From an uncultured Gammaproteobacteria bacterium (GTDB lineage: Bacteria; Pseudomonadota; Gammaproteobacteria; UBA6002), in assembly GCA_963705725.1 (NCBI GenBank), contig CAVPKM010000007.1:1-64000 (forward strand): a stretch of DNA of 64,000 nt. The letters are read 5' to 3'. This document shows positions 1 through 9,644 of the stretch, piece after piece. Under the pieces are notes generated by a model. The model ran no database searches, was not told where the DNA came from, and saw nothing but the letters and a program-made list of their open reading frames with translations. Within the stretch, counting starts at the first letter, position 1. The number at the start of each line of letters is the position of its first letter. A program made the position numbers and the translations under genes.

Positions 1-278
1 CCCGCCTCGCTCTTGGTCAGCCCGGCCTCGTTCACCAGCCACGCCGACATGGACCGCTGCCCCCAGGACTCGAAATCGCTGTTCTTATCGAAAGACCACA
101 CCAGGCGCGCCCGCGCGATCGTCTCCAGCGCGTCGGCGTGCTCGAGTTCCTTGAGGGTGCTGGCCTTGACCTGGGCGGGGATCAGGGAGCAGTCCGAGTC
201 AGCCAGGTACCGCATCCCGGACGTGATCGCCCCCACCGCCTCGCCCATGTTCCCGAACAGCAGCGCATCAGTTTCCAT
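1..278 (-). CDS. 5' part of a probable DUF222 / HNH-endonuclease-associated protein (runs off the window edge)
   Basis: Not in the ORF track. ATG at 278 with AAGGAGG upstream; open frame METDALLFGNMGEAVGAITSGMRYLADSDCSLIPAQVKASTLKELEHADALETIARARLVWSFDKNSDFESWGQRSMSAWLVNEAGLTKSEA resembles DUF222 N-termini. Confidence 0.6.
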   Translation of the reverse strand, partial: METDALLFGNMGEAVGAITSGMRYLADSDCSLIPAQVKASTLKELEHADALETIARARLVWSFDKNSDFESWGQRSMSAWLVNEAGLTKSEA

Positions 279-696
279 TAGCTTTTACACCTCCTTCCTG
301 CGACTCGCGGCCCGTCCCGCGCGGGCAGTGATCCGATCCCGTTCCTTGCGGCCGTCCCTCCGCGCGGCCCGCGGGTGCCTGGCCATTCTGGTCCGGTGGT
401 GCTCTCCGCCGGCCGCCCCTGCACTGAAAGCTCCGGCCCGTCTTTAGTTCGATTCTAACACGATAGCGCATTCGAGTCTACATAATAGATACCTATTTTC
501 ATCGTCTATCTGCCCGGATATGCCCGGATATGCGATAGTGGGGCCGACGGCAGAACGGGAGAAGCGGGGCGGGCGGCCCGTTGCGCCCGGGGACATGCAC
601 GCCGGCGATGTATGCGGAAGCCGTCTCGCCGAGCCTAACGCGGACACCGGCGGCTAACCCGGCAACGACACCGCGGGCAAGCGTCCGCCGCCTCAA

Positions 697-726
697 ATCT
701 GGTGTATCTGCACAGATACACCAGAT
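697..726. repeat. Perfect 14-bp inverted repeat
   Basis: ATCTGGTGTATCTG-CA-CAGATACACCAGAT. Confidence 0.9.
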
Positions 727-1076
727 GGCTCGTACCGGACGGCCGCCGACCGGGGTGACGTTGCCAGCGGACGGACGCGAGACGCCGGTGCGCCGGTCAC
801 GCCGATCGGCCAGGGCACAGAACCTGGCCCCGCGCTGCCGGATCGCCCAGGGCCGCGCCGACGGCAAGACCCGCCAGGAAGCCGCCGCCGTGCCGAGCAC
901 TCCACCAGGCCGACGCCAGACGAGCACCGCGGCAGCGTCAATCAGGGGTACCGCTACGGTCTCGCCGCCGCGCCGCGCAAGGCAACACCAATGCGCTCGC
1001 ATCACCAATCACCCAGCCGGCACCAGCACCGGCGCCTCCGCGACTGAACAGAGCGACATCGCGGCACGCGGGCCGC

Positions 1077-2057
1077 TCACGAGTATTTCGCTCGTATATC
1101 TCGTCGCCAGCGAGCCGGTGGCGTGCCATAGCGGTGCTTGAACGCCCGGCTGAATGCCGCCTCCGACGTGTAACCGACGTTTTCCGCGATGAGCGCGACC
1201 GGAAGGGAGGTGCCGCGGAGCAGGTCGGTGGCGGCGTCCAGGCGTACGTGCGCGAGATAGGTGGCTGGCGGCTTCCCGACGCGAGCGACGAAACGCGCAG
1301 CGAACGCCGAACGGGAAAGGCTGCACGCTCGGGCCAGCTCCTCGACTGTCCAGTCGTGGCCGGGGTCTCGATGGATAGCGCTCAAGGCCAGACCGATCTG
1401 CGGGTCGAGCGCACCGGCCAGCCAGTTCGGTTCCGCGTCCGTGCCAGCGGCCCAGGCGCGCAGAATCTGGATGAAGAGCAGATCGAGGATGCGGGCGACC
1501 ATCACCGCCGATCCTTGAGAGGGCGATTGCATCTCGAATACGAGCATCCTGCGGGCCACTTCGAGCCCTTCGAGCGCTGGCCCGCGGGCGCCGCGCAGGA
1601 TGATCACCGCCGGGAGGCTCGCGAGCAGATGGCTCGCCTGCGGGTCGCCGATCGTGAATGTTCCGCAGAGCCAGCGCGCCGGCTCGGGTGCGGGCGCGTC
1701 GTGCTCGGATGCGCCGGCGTGCACGGTCGCGTGCGCGCGCTTGCCTGCATCGCTGATGTGGTGCGGGTCGCCGCGTGGGAGCAGGACGACATCGCCGCGA
1801 CTCACGCGCTCGACGTGCGGGTCGCCGTCGATCCGAAGCACGAGTTCGCCCTCTTCGATGATGTGCAGGCTGCCGAGATCGGCGAAGCCTATCGAGAAAG
1901 TCCGCAGCGGAGCGTACGCGACGATCCGTTCTCCGCTCAGACGGACGCTCCGGAGCAGTTCCGAGAGCAAGTCGTGCGGCTGGCCATCTGCGTCGAGGCC
2001 GAGCGCGGCGTCCTCGGACCCTGGAGGATCGGCAAGATGTTCCGGCGGAGCGGTCAT
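1077..2057 (-). CDS. AraC family transcriptional regulator with N-terminal cupin domain
   Basis: DLLSELLRSVRL start, cupin GDVVLLPRGDPH, HTH WTVEELARACSLSRSAFAARF, VGYTSEAAFSRAFK; start trimmed to ATG 2057. Confidence 0.92.
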   Translation of the reverse strand: MTAPPEHLADPPGSEDAALGLDADGQPHDLLSELLRSVRLSGERIVAYAPLRTFSIGFADLGSLHIIEEGELVLRIDGDPHVERVSRGDVVLLPRGDPHHISDAGKRAHATVHAGASEHDAPAPEPARWLCGTFTIGDPQASHLLASLPAVIILRGARGPALEGLEVARRMLVFEMQSPSQGSAVMVARILDLLFIQILRAWAAGTDAEPNWLAGALDPQIGLALSAIHRDPGHDWTVEELARACSLSRSAFAARFVARVGKPPATYLAHVRLDAATDLLRGTSLPVALIAENVGYTSEAAFSRAFKHRYGTPPARWRRDIRAKYS

Positions 2058-2276
2058 TGTCCCTGCACATTCCTCGGAATACGCTCGACGAGCAGTGAGT
2101 GGAGCGACCAATCGGACGGCCTTGGGACGCTCTGCCGGGTGTCAACTTCCTCTATCGGCCATACAGCCGCGCCATCGGAAGTTCGCCCGGCATTCTCGTC
2201 CAGGTCTGGGTCCGCTCGCTCGCGTCAACTTATCGCACCGGGCAGACGTAACTCGACCAGGAAGGAAACAGAACCC

Positions 2277-2615
2277 ATGACATCGAGCGCTGGTGAAGCT
2301 AGGCAGGACAAGCCGACCAAGATCAGCTTCGTCTATTCCAATCCCACCGACCCGGCCGCCTTCGAGGCGGCTTACCCCGAGCAGCTTGCACTGGCGCGGA
2401 AGCTTCCCGGCCTGACTCGGTTGCAGACGTCGAAGGTCTGGCCCAAGGAAGACGGCAGCCCGACCCCGGCATACCGGCTGCTGGACCTGTACTTTGCCGA
2501 CTACGCGGCGGCCAGCGATGCCGCCGCAGAGGCGGGCGCCCTTGTCGGCGCTACCCTCGAGCACGCCACCGGAGGCGTAGTGATCGCATTCGCGGAGGTC
2601 CTCGACGACGCTTAG
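2277..2615 (+). CDS. EthD family reductase
   Basis: Real gene is the 3' end of ORF 1134..2615; AGGA upstream of ATG 2277; YSNPTDPAAFEAAYPEQLALARKLPGL...PAYRLLDLYFAD. Confidence 0.8.
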   Translation: MTSSAGEARQDKPTKISFVYSNPTDPAAFEAAYPEQLALARKLPGLTRLQTSKVWPKEDGSPTPAYRLLDLYFADYAAASDAAAEAGALVGATLEHATGGVVIAFAEVLDDA

Positions 2616-2663
2616 ACGGACACGAGACAGATTCCAGTCCCGCCGTCACTGCGGCACCAATTA

Positions 2664-2689
2664 GCGGGAGGGGACAGGTCCCCTCCCGC
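2664..2689 (+). terminator. GC-rich hairpin after ethD-like gene
   Basis: GCGGGAGGGGAC-AG-GTCCCCTCCCGC; no U tract, which is common in actinobacteria. Confidence 0.6.
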
Positions 2690-3117
2690 ACGCAAACCTG
2701 GTGGCTCGTGGGCCACACTCTTTGCACGCCGCCCAAACGAGTTCTACGGCGGCGGCGACGCTCCGCTGCGCGCCTGGAACACCGGCCACCACGGCTTGAG
2801 CAATGTCTCGCCGCCATCCGCCGACGCAGAGCGGATCTGGAGGGCCAGCAACCTCCATCTCCCATACTTGTCGGCCCGGTCGGGGCTGCCCTTCATCGCC
2901 CGCACGTGCAAGCTGTGCCCAGTCCCGCGGCCCCGCCGGCAAGTCATCCCGGAGGCAGGCTCGCAGCCCGTCGGGACGATTCGTGGGGAGCCGGCGAAGG
3001 AACAATCAGGGCGAGTGCCAGGCGTCACGCCGTGTGGTTACGGCTCATGCCGAGGTCCGACGCGTGCCCTTCTTTCGCCCACGGAGACGAGGAGCACGAG
3101 TCCGCGCACCGCCTCCT

Positions 3118-3143
3118 GGCCGGTCGACGGCCGTCGACCGGCC
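3118..3143. repeat. Perfect 26-bp palindrome
   Basis: GGCCGGTCGACGGCCGTCGACCGGCC is its own reverse complement. Confidence 0.9.
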
Positions 3144-3160
3144 TCTTTGCCGCCCAACTC

Positions 3161-3234
3161 CCACCTTGCCGCCCAAGTGGCGAAATTTTGTCCACTTCGT
3201 CCCGGATTATTCCGCCACTTCGACGGCAAGGTGG
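3161..3234. repeat. REP/MITE-like stem-loop with 26-bp arms
   Basis: CCACCTTGCCGCCCAAGTGGCGAAAT ... ATTCCGCCACTTCGACGGCAAGGTGG (23/26 complementary); partial extra arm copies on both flanks. Confidence 0.75.
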
Positions 3235-3294
3235 CCGAACGGCGGCAAGGTGAGCCGACCGCGGGAACCAGGACGCCGAGAGCAGCCTGGCAGC

Positions 3295-3395
3295 ATCGCA
3301 TACGTTGAGACCTCGGGGACGCCGGCGCGAATCATCACGTCCTTGTTCTCCTCGAAGGTGAGCTCCCGGTAGGTGATGAACCGGCCGTCGCGCAA
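3295..3395 (-). pseudogene. Possible remnant of an NmrA/SDR-type NAD(P)-binding protein
   Basis: GRFITYRELTFEENKDVMIRAGVPE resembles the C-terminal part of NmrA-like proteins; coding-like codons, no intact gene. Confidence 0.35.
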
Positions 3396-3416
3396 GCCGC
3401 CTCGTGACGGTGGTGA

Positions 3417-4217
3417 TCACCTGAAGAAGTGCGTTCGGGCGCCGGGCAGCCGCACGCAGTCCACGTCGATATCGGTCTTCTCGTTGTAGAAGGCGACCAG
3501 GCCCGCGATGGGCAGCAGCTGGCGGGTGGGAAAGTTGTAGGCCCAGGCGAGATCCTGGTGGCCGTCGCGCACTTCATCACCGGTGCGCACCGACCAGTAG
3601 GCGCTGGTGACGCCCTTGTACGGGCAGGCCGTCTGGGTGCTGGCGGGCACGAGATGACTGAAGTCGACATCGGCGCGATCGAAGTAGTAGCGGGTCGGCA
3701 GGCCGGTCTCGAACACCAGCACCGGCGTGGCACTCTCGGCGAGCGTGACCCCCTCCAACGAGACCCGGACACGCCGGTGCGAGCGAAGTGCGTCGACGCG
3801 GACGTAAGGGTTTCGGGGATGGACGAAGACCTGCTCCTCCTCCTCATACCAGGCATCCAGCGCGTCCCAGTCGAAACGAGCAGTGCCGGCCACCCCGCCG
3901 ATCGCTTCGTCGCCGAAGATACGCACGCTTCCCGGGCGGTCTTCGCCGCCGGCCCGCAGTCCGTGCCGGCGTGCCGTCCCCTCGCGGACGCGCTGCTCGT
4001 GGTGCTCATCCACGAGGAAACGCTCATCGACGTCCTCGACAGGGATGTAGTACTGGGGGTAGAACGCCCATTCCCACACGTACCGCGCCCGCGTGCTGTC
4101 GAAGATCAGCTCGCCGCCAAGCGTCGCCCGCACCCGCCGTGGCGCGGGTTCGGTATGGCCGGTCTCCACGATCATCTGCGGATAGTCGCGATCGGGCGCA
4201 ACAGGTGATATCGCCAT
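3417..4217 (-). CDS. Tandem DUF427 domain protein
   Basis: RRVRATLGGELIFDS..YPQYYIP; VFVHPRNPYVRVDAL; FETGLPTRYY; TACPYKG; VAFYNEK; start trimmed to ATG 4217. Confidence 0.9.
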   Translation of the reverse strand: MAISPVAPDRDYPQMIVETGHTEPAPRRVRATLGGELIFDSTRARYVWEWAFYPQYYIPVEDVDERFLVDEHHEQRVREGTARRHGLRAGGEDRPGSVRIFGDEAIGGVAGTARFDWDALDAWYEEEEQVFVHPRNPYVRVDALRSHRRVRVSLEGVTLAESATPVLVFETGLPTRYYFDRADVDFSHLVPASTQTACPYKGVTSAYWSVRTGDEVRDGHQDLAWAYNFPTRQLLPIAGLVAFYNEKTDIDVDCVRLPGARTHFFR

Positions 4218-4412
4218 AGTCCCTCGTTCCGTAAACCGGCAACTGAAGGCCAGGGTAACCGCCGTGACCGGTAGAACCGGCAACGCCGGGAAGCGCCGGG
4301 ACGGCGCGATCAAGGTGCGGGAGACCTCGCTCGTCGTGTCGCTAACGCGGATCTGCCGGCGTCTGTGGACTTCGGCGATGCGCGGCGTAAGGGTGGATGT
4401 CAGGAACAGGCC

Positions 4413-5066
4413 ATGACAATCAACGGGAATGGAGTCGGCATCGTGGACCAGAAGCTCGAGGTGGTCGTCATCCCGGTCTCTGACGCCGACCGCGCGAAGC
4501 AGTTCTACGCGGGTCTGGGATGGCGGCTCGACGCCGACTTCCCCTTCGACAACGGCTTCCGGATCATTCAGTTCACCCCGCCCGGCTCGGGGTGCTCCAT
4601 TCAGTTCGGCACGAACCTCACGTCGGCCGCACCCGGGTCGGCTCAGGGCCTGTACCTGATCGTGGACGACATCCAGGCCGCGCGCGACGCGCTCGCCGCG
4701 CGCAGTGTCGAGGTCAGCGACGTGTTCCACGAAGGAACGCCCGGCGCACGCTTCCAGTGCGGAGCCTCGGACGGCCGCATCGGCGGCCCAGCTGCCGAGG
4801 GCGGCAGCTACGGTTCGTTCGTCTCGTTCAGCGACCCCGACGGCAACAACTGGCTGTGCCAGGAGGTAACGACCCGGCTGCCCGGGCGAGTCGATCCCGC
4901 TGTGACTTCGTTTGGCTCCGCCAGTGATCTGGCGGACGCGATGCGGCGGGCTTCGGCCGCCCACGGCGAGCACGAGAAGCGCATCGGCAAGGCCGACCCG
5001 GACTGGCCCGACTGGTACGCCCAGTACATGGTGGCGGAGCGGGCAGGGACGGAGCTGCCGACGTGA
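4413..5066 (+). CDS. VOC/glyoxalase family protein
   Basis: KLEVVVIPVSDADRAKQFY, QFTPPGSGCSIQFG, SFSDPDGNNWLCQE. Confidence 0.9.
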   Translation: MTINGNGVGIVDQKLEVVVIPVSDADRAKQFYAGLGWRLDADFPFDNGFRIIQFTPPGSGCSIQFGTNLTSAAPGSAQGLYLIVDDIQAARDALAARSVEVSDVFHEGTPGARFQCGASDGRIGGPAAEGGSYGSFVSFSDPDGNNWLCQEVTTRLPGRVDPAVTSFGSASDLADAMRRASAAHGEHEKRIGKADPDWPDWYAQYMVAERAGTELPT

Positions 5067-6442
5067 GCGACTACGACGTAATCGTTCTCGGTGGCGGGGC
5101 GCCGGGCGAGCACTGCGCCGCGGCGCTGGCCGCGCGGGGGCTGCGCGTTGCCGTGGTGGAGCGGGAACTGGTCGGCGGGGAATGCTCGTACTGGGCGTGT
5201 ATCCCGTCGAAGTCGCTGCTGCGCCCCGGCGAGGCCGTGCAGGGCGCGCGCGAGGCGGCCGCGAGCGCGCGGGTCGACGTCGCGGCCGCGCTGGCCTGGC
5301 GGGACTTCATGGTCTCGGGCTATTCTGACGCCGGTCAGGAGCGCTGGCTGGCGAGCCGGGGTATCGGCCTGCTGCGCGGCACGGGCCGGCTGGGCGGCCC
5401 GGGCGTGGTCGAAGTCGGGGGCGTCCGCCACACCGCGGAGCACGTCGTCGTGGCGACCGGCTCAGATCCGGTCGTTCCGCCGGTCCCGGGACTTCGTGAG
5501 CTGGAGGGCGTCTGGGGTACCCGCGAGGCGACCAGCATGACCGCGGTCCCGCGCCGCCTGCTGGTGCTGGGCGGCGGGGCCGCGGGCGTCGAGCTTGCGC
5601 AGGTGGTGCGCCGCCTGGGCGGCGAGGCGGTGCTCGTCGAGGGCGCCGACCGAGTGCTGCCCCGCGAGCCCGCGCCGCTGGGCCACGCGCTCAGCGAGGC
5701 CCTGCGCCGGGACGGAATCGAGCTAGTGCTCGGAATGCACGCGGCCGCCGCCCGGCGTGACGGGGAGGAGTACGTCCTGGCCTTCGAGGACGGCACGGAG
5801 CTGCGGGGCGACCGGCTGCTGGTCGCCACCGGCCGGCGCCCGCGGGTGGCGGGCATCGGCCTGGAGACAGTCGGCGTCCAGGCCGGCCCGCACGGGATCC
5901 CGGTTGACGACCACCTGCGCGCGGGCGAGCGCCTCTGGGCGATCGGTGACGTCAACGGCATCTGGCCGCTGACCCACGTCGGCGAGTACGAGGGCGATGT
6001 GGTCGCGGCGAACATCGCCGGCGATCCGCGCCCGGCGAACTACGAAGCCGTCCCGCGCGTGACCTACACCGATCCGCAGGCCGCCGCTGTCGGCGCGGCA
6101 GAAGCGGCCTACAGCGGCACCGCCCAAATGTCGGAGGTACCGAAGACCGCCACCTACACCCACGCCTACGCCCTGTCGAACGGGTTCTTGACGCTGCTGT
6201 CCGACGGTGAGCGGCTGACCGGCGCCTACGCGCTCGGACCCGAAGCCGGCGAGTGGATGCAGCAGGCGACGCTTGCCATCCGCGCCCATGTCCCGCTCGA
6301 GGTACTCAGCGACACGATCCAGCCCTTCCCCAGCTTCTCGGGAATCTACGACACGGCACTGATGGCGCTTCGCATGCAGATCGCGGACAAGCCGCAGCCG
6401 ACCGGGCCGATGGAATCGCAGATGGCGAACCTCCCGGATTGA
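5063..6442 (+). CDS. NAD(P)/FAD-dependent pyridine nucleotide-disulfide oxidoreductase (dihydrolipoamide dehydrogenase/mercuric reductase-like)
   Basis: GGGAPG FAD motif, redox-active GGECSYWACIPSK, LGGGAAGVE, AIGDV, VPRVTYTDP; C-terminal QPFPS instead of the HPT motif. Confidence 0.9.
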   Translation: MSDYDVIVLGGGAPGEHCAAALAARGLRVAVVERELVGGECSYWACIPSKSLLRPGEAVQGAREAAASARVDVAAALAWRDFMVSGYSDAGQERWLASRGIGLLRGTGRLGGPGVVEVGGVRHTAEHVVVATGSDPVVPPVPGLRELEGVWGTREATSMTAVPRRLLVLGGGAAGVELAQVVRRLGGEAVLVEGADRVLPREPAPLGHALSEALRRDGIELVLGMHAAAARRDGEEYVLAFEDGTELRGDRLLVATGRRPRVAGIGLETVGVQAGPHGIPVDDHLRAGERLWAIGDVNGIWPLTHVGEYEGDVVAANIAGDPRPANYEAVPRVTYTDPQAAAVGAAEAAYSGTAQMSEVPKTATYTHAYALSNGFLTLLSDGERLTGAYALGPEAGEWMQQATLAIRAHVPLEVLSDTIQPFPSFSGIYDTALMALRMQIADKPQPTGPMESQMANLPD

Positions 6443-7938
6443 GCAGACGCTTGGCGAAAGTCTTGCGGGGTAGGCGCACCGGCATGTGGCACTTGCTCGA
6501 ACGCCTGGAGATGAAGCGCCTGTCCCGCGGCCGTGCGGCCGCACGGACCGGACCGCGGCCCCAGCCTGCCCTGCCTGCCGGGACTGATCTGCTGCCGCGG
6601 ATCAGGCACATCGTTGTGCTGATGATGGAGAACCACTCCTACGACAACTATCTCGGCATGCTGCGAGGCCGGGGTGAAGGCTTCCCGCTGGATTGCGACG
6701 GCAAGCCCGACGTGTCCAATATCGCGGCAGATGGCGAGGTCATCCGCGCCTTTCAGCAGCCGTCCACCGTCCAGCGTGCCGGGCTTCCGTCACAGAGCTG
6801 GCACGCTAGCCACCTTCAGTGCGGGGACGGTAAATGCGACGGATTCGTGACGAGCGCGCAGGACGCGCTGCCGGACGCTGATAGAGACGCCGCGGCCGCG
6901 GGCATGGGCTACTGGTCGGAAGGTGACCTGCCGTTCTACTACGGGCTGGCCAGGACCTTCCCGCTGGCCGATCACTGGTTCAGCTCGTGCCTTGGTCCGA
7001 CCTTTCCTAACCGGCGTTTTCTCATCGCGGGAACAGCGCACGGTCTCATCGACGACTCTCTGTACGACCTGCTTGACTACCCGCCGGCTGGGACCGTCTT
7101 CGACCTGCTCACCGAGCACGGGATCTCGTGGGCCAACTATCATCCGGTGGCCAGTCAGCAGAGCAGGTGGCGGCGTTATGCCCGGCACCGGCGGAAGATG
7201 GCCCGGCGTCACCTGATGTCCGCGGGCCGGTCTATCCGGGCTGTGACCCAGGCAAAGAAAGACATCAAGTTCACGGCCGATGTCTTCCCGCTCGGTATCG
7301 GCCGGTACATGCAGCATGTCCACGGCATGGAGCAGTTCTTCACCGACGCCGGTAACGGAACGCTGCCGGCTTTCAGCATCGTGGACCCGGACTTCGACAG
7401 CTATTCCGAGGAGAACCCGCAGGACATCAGGCATGGCGAGGGCTTCGCCGCCGAGGTTATCAACCGGGTCATGAACGGCGCCGGCTGGCCACACACCCTG
7501 CTGATCTGGCTCTACGACGAGCACGGCGGATATTACGACCACGTGCCGCCGCCGGCCGCGATCCCGCCCGACGACGTTGCGGGCCAGAGCGCGGTGGGGA
7601 GCCAGACCAGGCTGGAGGCGTTCCTGCGCCCGCTGCTCCCCGGCCTGATCAGGAGCGAAGAGAAGCGTGACGACGGGCCGCAGACATATGACCGGTACGG
7701 ATTCCGGGTCCCCGCTGTGATCGTGTCACCGTACGCACGGCCCGGTTACGTCAGCCCGGAGCTCTTCGACCACACGTCTGTGCTCAAGCTCGTCGAGGAG
7801 AAATGGAACCTGCCCGCGCTGACCGCACGGGATGCCGCGGCCACCGCGCCACTGGATGCGCTGGACCTGACCAGCGCTCCCGCCTTCCTGACGCCTCCGT
7901 CGCTGCCCGCACCCAGCCTCCCCTGGGGTACCTGGTAA
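6439..7938 (+). CDS. Phosphoesterase / phospholipase C family protein
   Basis: IRHIVVLMMENHSYDNYLG, GPTFPNR, YDEHGGYYDHVPPP, YGFRVPAVIVSPYA, FDHTSVLK; start uncertain (TTG 6439 overlapping the upstream stop, or ATG 6484). Confidence 0.88.
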   Translation: MSRRLAKVLRGRRTGMWHLLERLEMKRLSRGRAAARTGPRPQPALPAGTDLLPRIRHIVVLMMENHSYDNYLGMLRGRGEGFPLDCDGKPDVSNIAADGEVIRAFQQPSTVQRAGLPSQSWHASHLQCGDGKCDGFVTSAQDALPDADRDAAAAGMGYWSEGDLPFYYGLARTFPLADHWFSSCLGPTFPNRRFLIAGTAHGLIDDSLYDLLDYPPAGTVFDLLTEHGISWANYHPVASQQSRWRRYARHRRKMARRHLMSAGRSIRAVTQAKKDIKFTADVFPLGIGRYMQHVHGMEQFFTDAGNGTLPAFSIVDPDFDSYSEENPQDIRHGEGFAAEVINRVMNGAGWPHTLLIWLYDEHGGYYDHVPPPAAIPPDDVAGQSAVGSQTRLEAFLRPLLPGLIRSEEKRDDGPQTYDRYGFRVPAVIVSPYARPGYVSPELFDHTSVLKLVEEKWNLPALTARDAAATAPLDALDLTSAPAFLTPPSLPAPSLPWGTW

Positions 7939-7995
7939 CCGGCAGCTTGTTTCAGCGTCTGGGTTTGACCGGGCGCCGTGCAGGTAGTGACAAGT

Positions 7996-8816
7996 ATGCG
8001 ATCAACAGCTATGACGGGCGTGACAGGAAGGGCCAGGCGGGCTTCCAGAAGCCCGGCGGCACACGTGCTGGCCAGAGCAGGCCTAACCGCCCGCGGTGTC
8101 ATTTACATCCTGGTCGGCTGGGTCGCGTTGCTGGTCGCGCTCGGCCGCAGTTCGCGGGAGGCGGACCAGCAAGGTGCTCTGCAAATGCTGGCGGGCAAGC
8201 CCTACGGGCTGGCATCGCTCTGGCTGCTCGCCATCGGCTTCGCGGCCTATGCACTCTGGCGACTTGGCGAAGCGGCGTTCGGCGTCACCGCTGAGCCGGC
8301 GGGCGCCGCCCGCGACTGAAGTCACTTGGCCGGGCGGTGGTCTATGCCGGTTTCGCTTACCTCACATTCCGCGTGATCGCTGGCACGCAGGGCAGTCAGT
8401 CCCGGCAGCAGCAGGATTTCACGGCAACTGCCATGCGGCACAGCGACGGCCGCTGGCTGGTCGGCATCGCCGGTGCGATCGTTGTCATCATCGGTCTGAC
8501 GCTCGTCGCCCAGGGTGCCCGCCGCACGTTCATGAAGTACCTGCGGACATCGCAGCTGACGCGCAGGACACGCAAGGCCGTCGAACTGCTGGGCGTGATC
8601 GGGACCATTGCCCGTGGTCTGGTCTTCGCCTTGGCCGGGGTGCTCGTGGCCGTCGCGGCGATCACCCACAACGCGTCGGACTCCGGTGGCATCGACAAGG
8701 CGCTACTCACGCTTCGCAATCAGCCGTTGGGCGAAGTCCTGATGATCCTGACAGCGCTCGGCCTGGCCGTCTTCGGCATCTACGGGCTGTGCGAGGCCCG
8801 CTGGCGCAAGGTCTGA
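7996..8816 (+). pseudogene. DUF1206 membrane protein split by one frameshift near 8310 (probably a sequencing error)
   Basis: LARAGLTARGVIY...ADQQGAL...YALWRL (ORF 7978..8319) continues in another frame as RLKSLGRAVVYAG...GIDKAL...FGIYGLCEARWRKV (ORF 8337..8816). Confidence 0.8.
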
Positions 8817-8850
8817 AACCCGCGAGGCGCTGAGGAAAGGCGGGCCTGGC

Positions 8851-9180
8851 ATGACCGACGTCGCGGTGGTGGCGCACTCGCGCAAGAGCTTCGGCGGTGG
8901 TCTGCCGGAACTCCGGAAGGTGCTTGCGGCGGAAGGCGTCATCGATCCGAGCTGGTACGAGGTGACCAAGAGCCGTCATGCGCCGGAATACGCTCGTCGC
9001 GCGGTGGCGCAGGGCGCCGACGTGATGTTCGTCTGGGGCGGCGACGGTACAGTCCAGCGCTGCATTGACGCGGTGGCCGGGACGAACGTGGCCGTGGCGA
9101 TCCTGCCGGCCGGCACGGCGAACCTCCTCGCGATGAACCTGCGGATCCCTGATGACCTCGCCGAAGCCGTGCGGGTCGGT
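8851..9180 (+). CDS. Diacylglycerol/lipid kinase family protein, truncated at the junction
   Basis: VWGGDGTVQR and ILPAGTANLLA motifs; only about 110 codons before the sequence turns AT-rich. Confidence 0.85.
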
Positions 9181-9374
9181 ATACACAGGAAAAATCGAAA
9201 AAATGTTAATGTCTGAGCGATTTTCACTCTCTGTTCAGAAGAGTCAAGATATGACCTAATGAGGGCAATAAAAAAATTACATCCTTCATCCGGGTGGTTA
9301 TAAAAACCATCCTTTCCCAACTCTGTATTCATACTTTTTATTTTTATAAGTATTTCTTGAGAATTATCATACAT
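9181..9374 (-). CDS. Hypothetical protein, 3'-truncated at the junction
   Basis: AAAAGGGG upstream of ATG 9374 (MYDNSQEILIKIKSMNTELGKDGFYNHPDEGCNFF...); the frame runs with no stop into the GC-rich segment. Confidence 0.5.
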
Positions 9375-9644
9375 GTAGACGCCCCTTTTTCTACTGCTTA
9401 CATCAATCACTATGACCTCATAAAACCAAGTGATAAACATTGTACTTTTTTGTAAAGCATTCAGCAAACCTTCTTTAAGTTTGATAGGTTTGTTTCGCGA
9501 AGTTGCTTGTTACTTTAGAGAGGAGCTTTTTAATTGACTTCACTGGAAATTATTTTTAGAAGAAGTTTACTCGAAAGCAATGAGTTAGATAATATTTCAA
9601 ATGAACAAACAGGTTGTAAATTTTTAACTATTTAGGATAAATTT

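Larger units (their letters stand above)
1..9180. other. GC-rich actinobacterial-type segment
   Basis: Very high GC by eye, strong GC3 bias, long antisense shadow ORFs, and gene families typical of Actinomycetota (DUF222-like, DUF427, DUF1206, EthD). Confidence 0.85.

Noticed and set aside
13-9186. Many long overlapping ORFs in the GC-rich segment (e.g. 1009..2145, the 5' part of 1134..2615, 3429..4208, 5723..6544)
   Set aside because: Shadow or antisense frames of recognisable genes, or Arg/Pro/Ala-rich translations with no motifs; expected at high GC.
8851-9467. Horizontal transfer or a novel fusion gene across the GC/AT junction
   Set aside because: Both flanking genes are cut mid-frame and no mobility signature is present; an artefact is far more likely.
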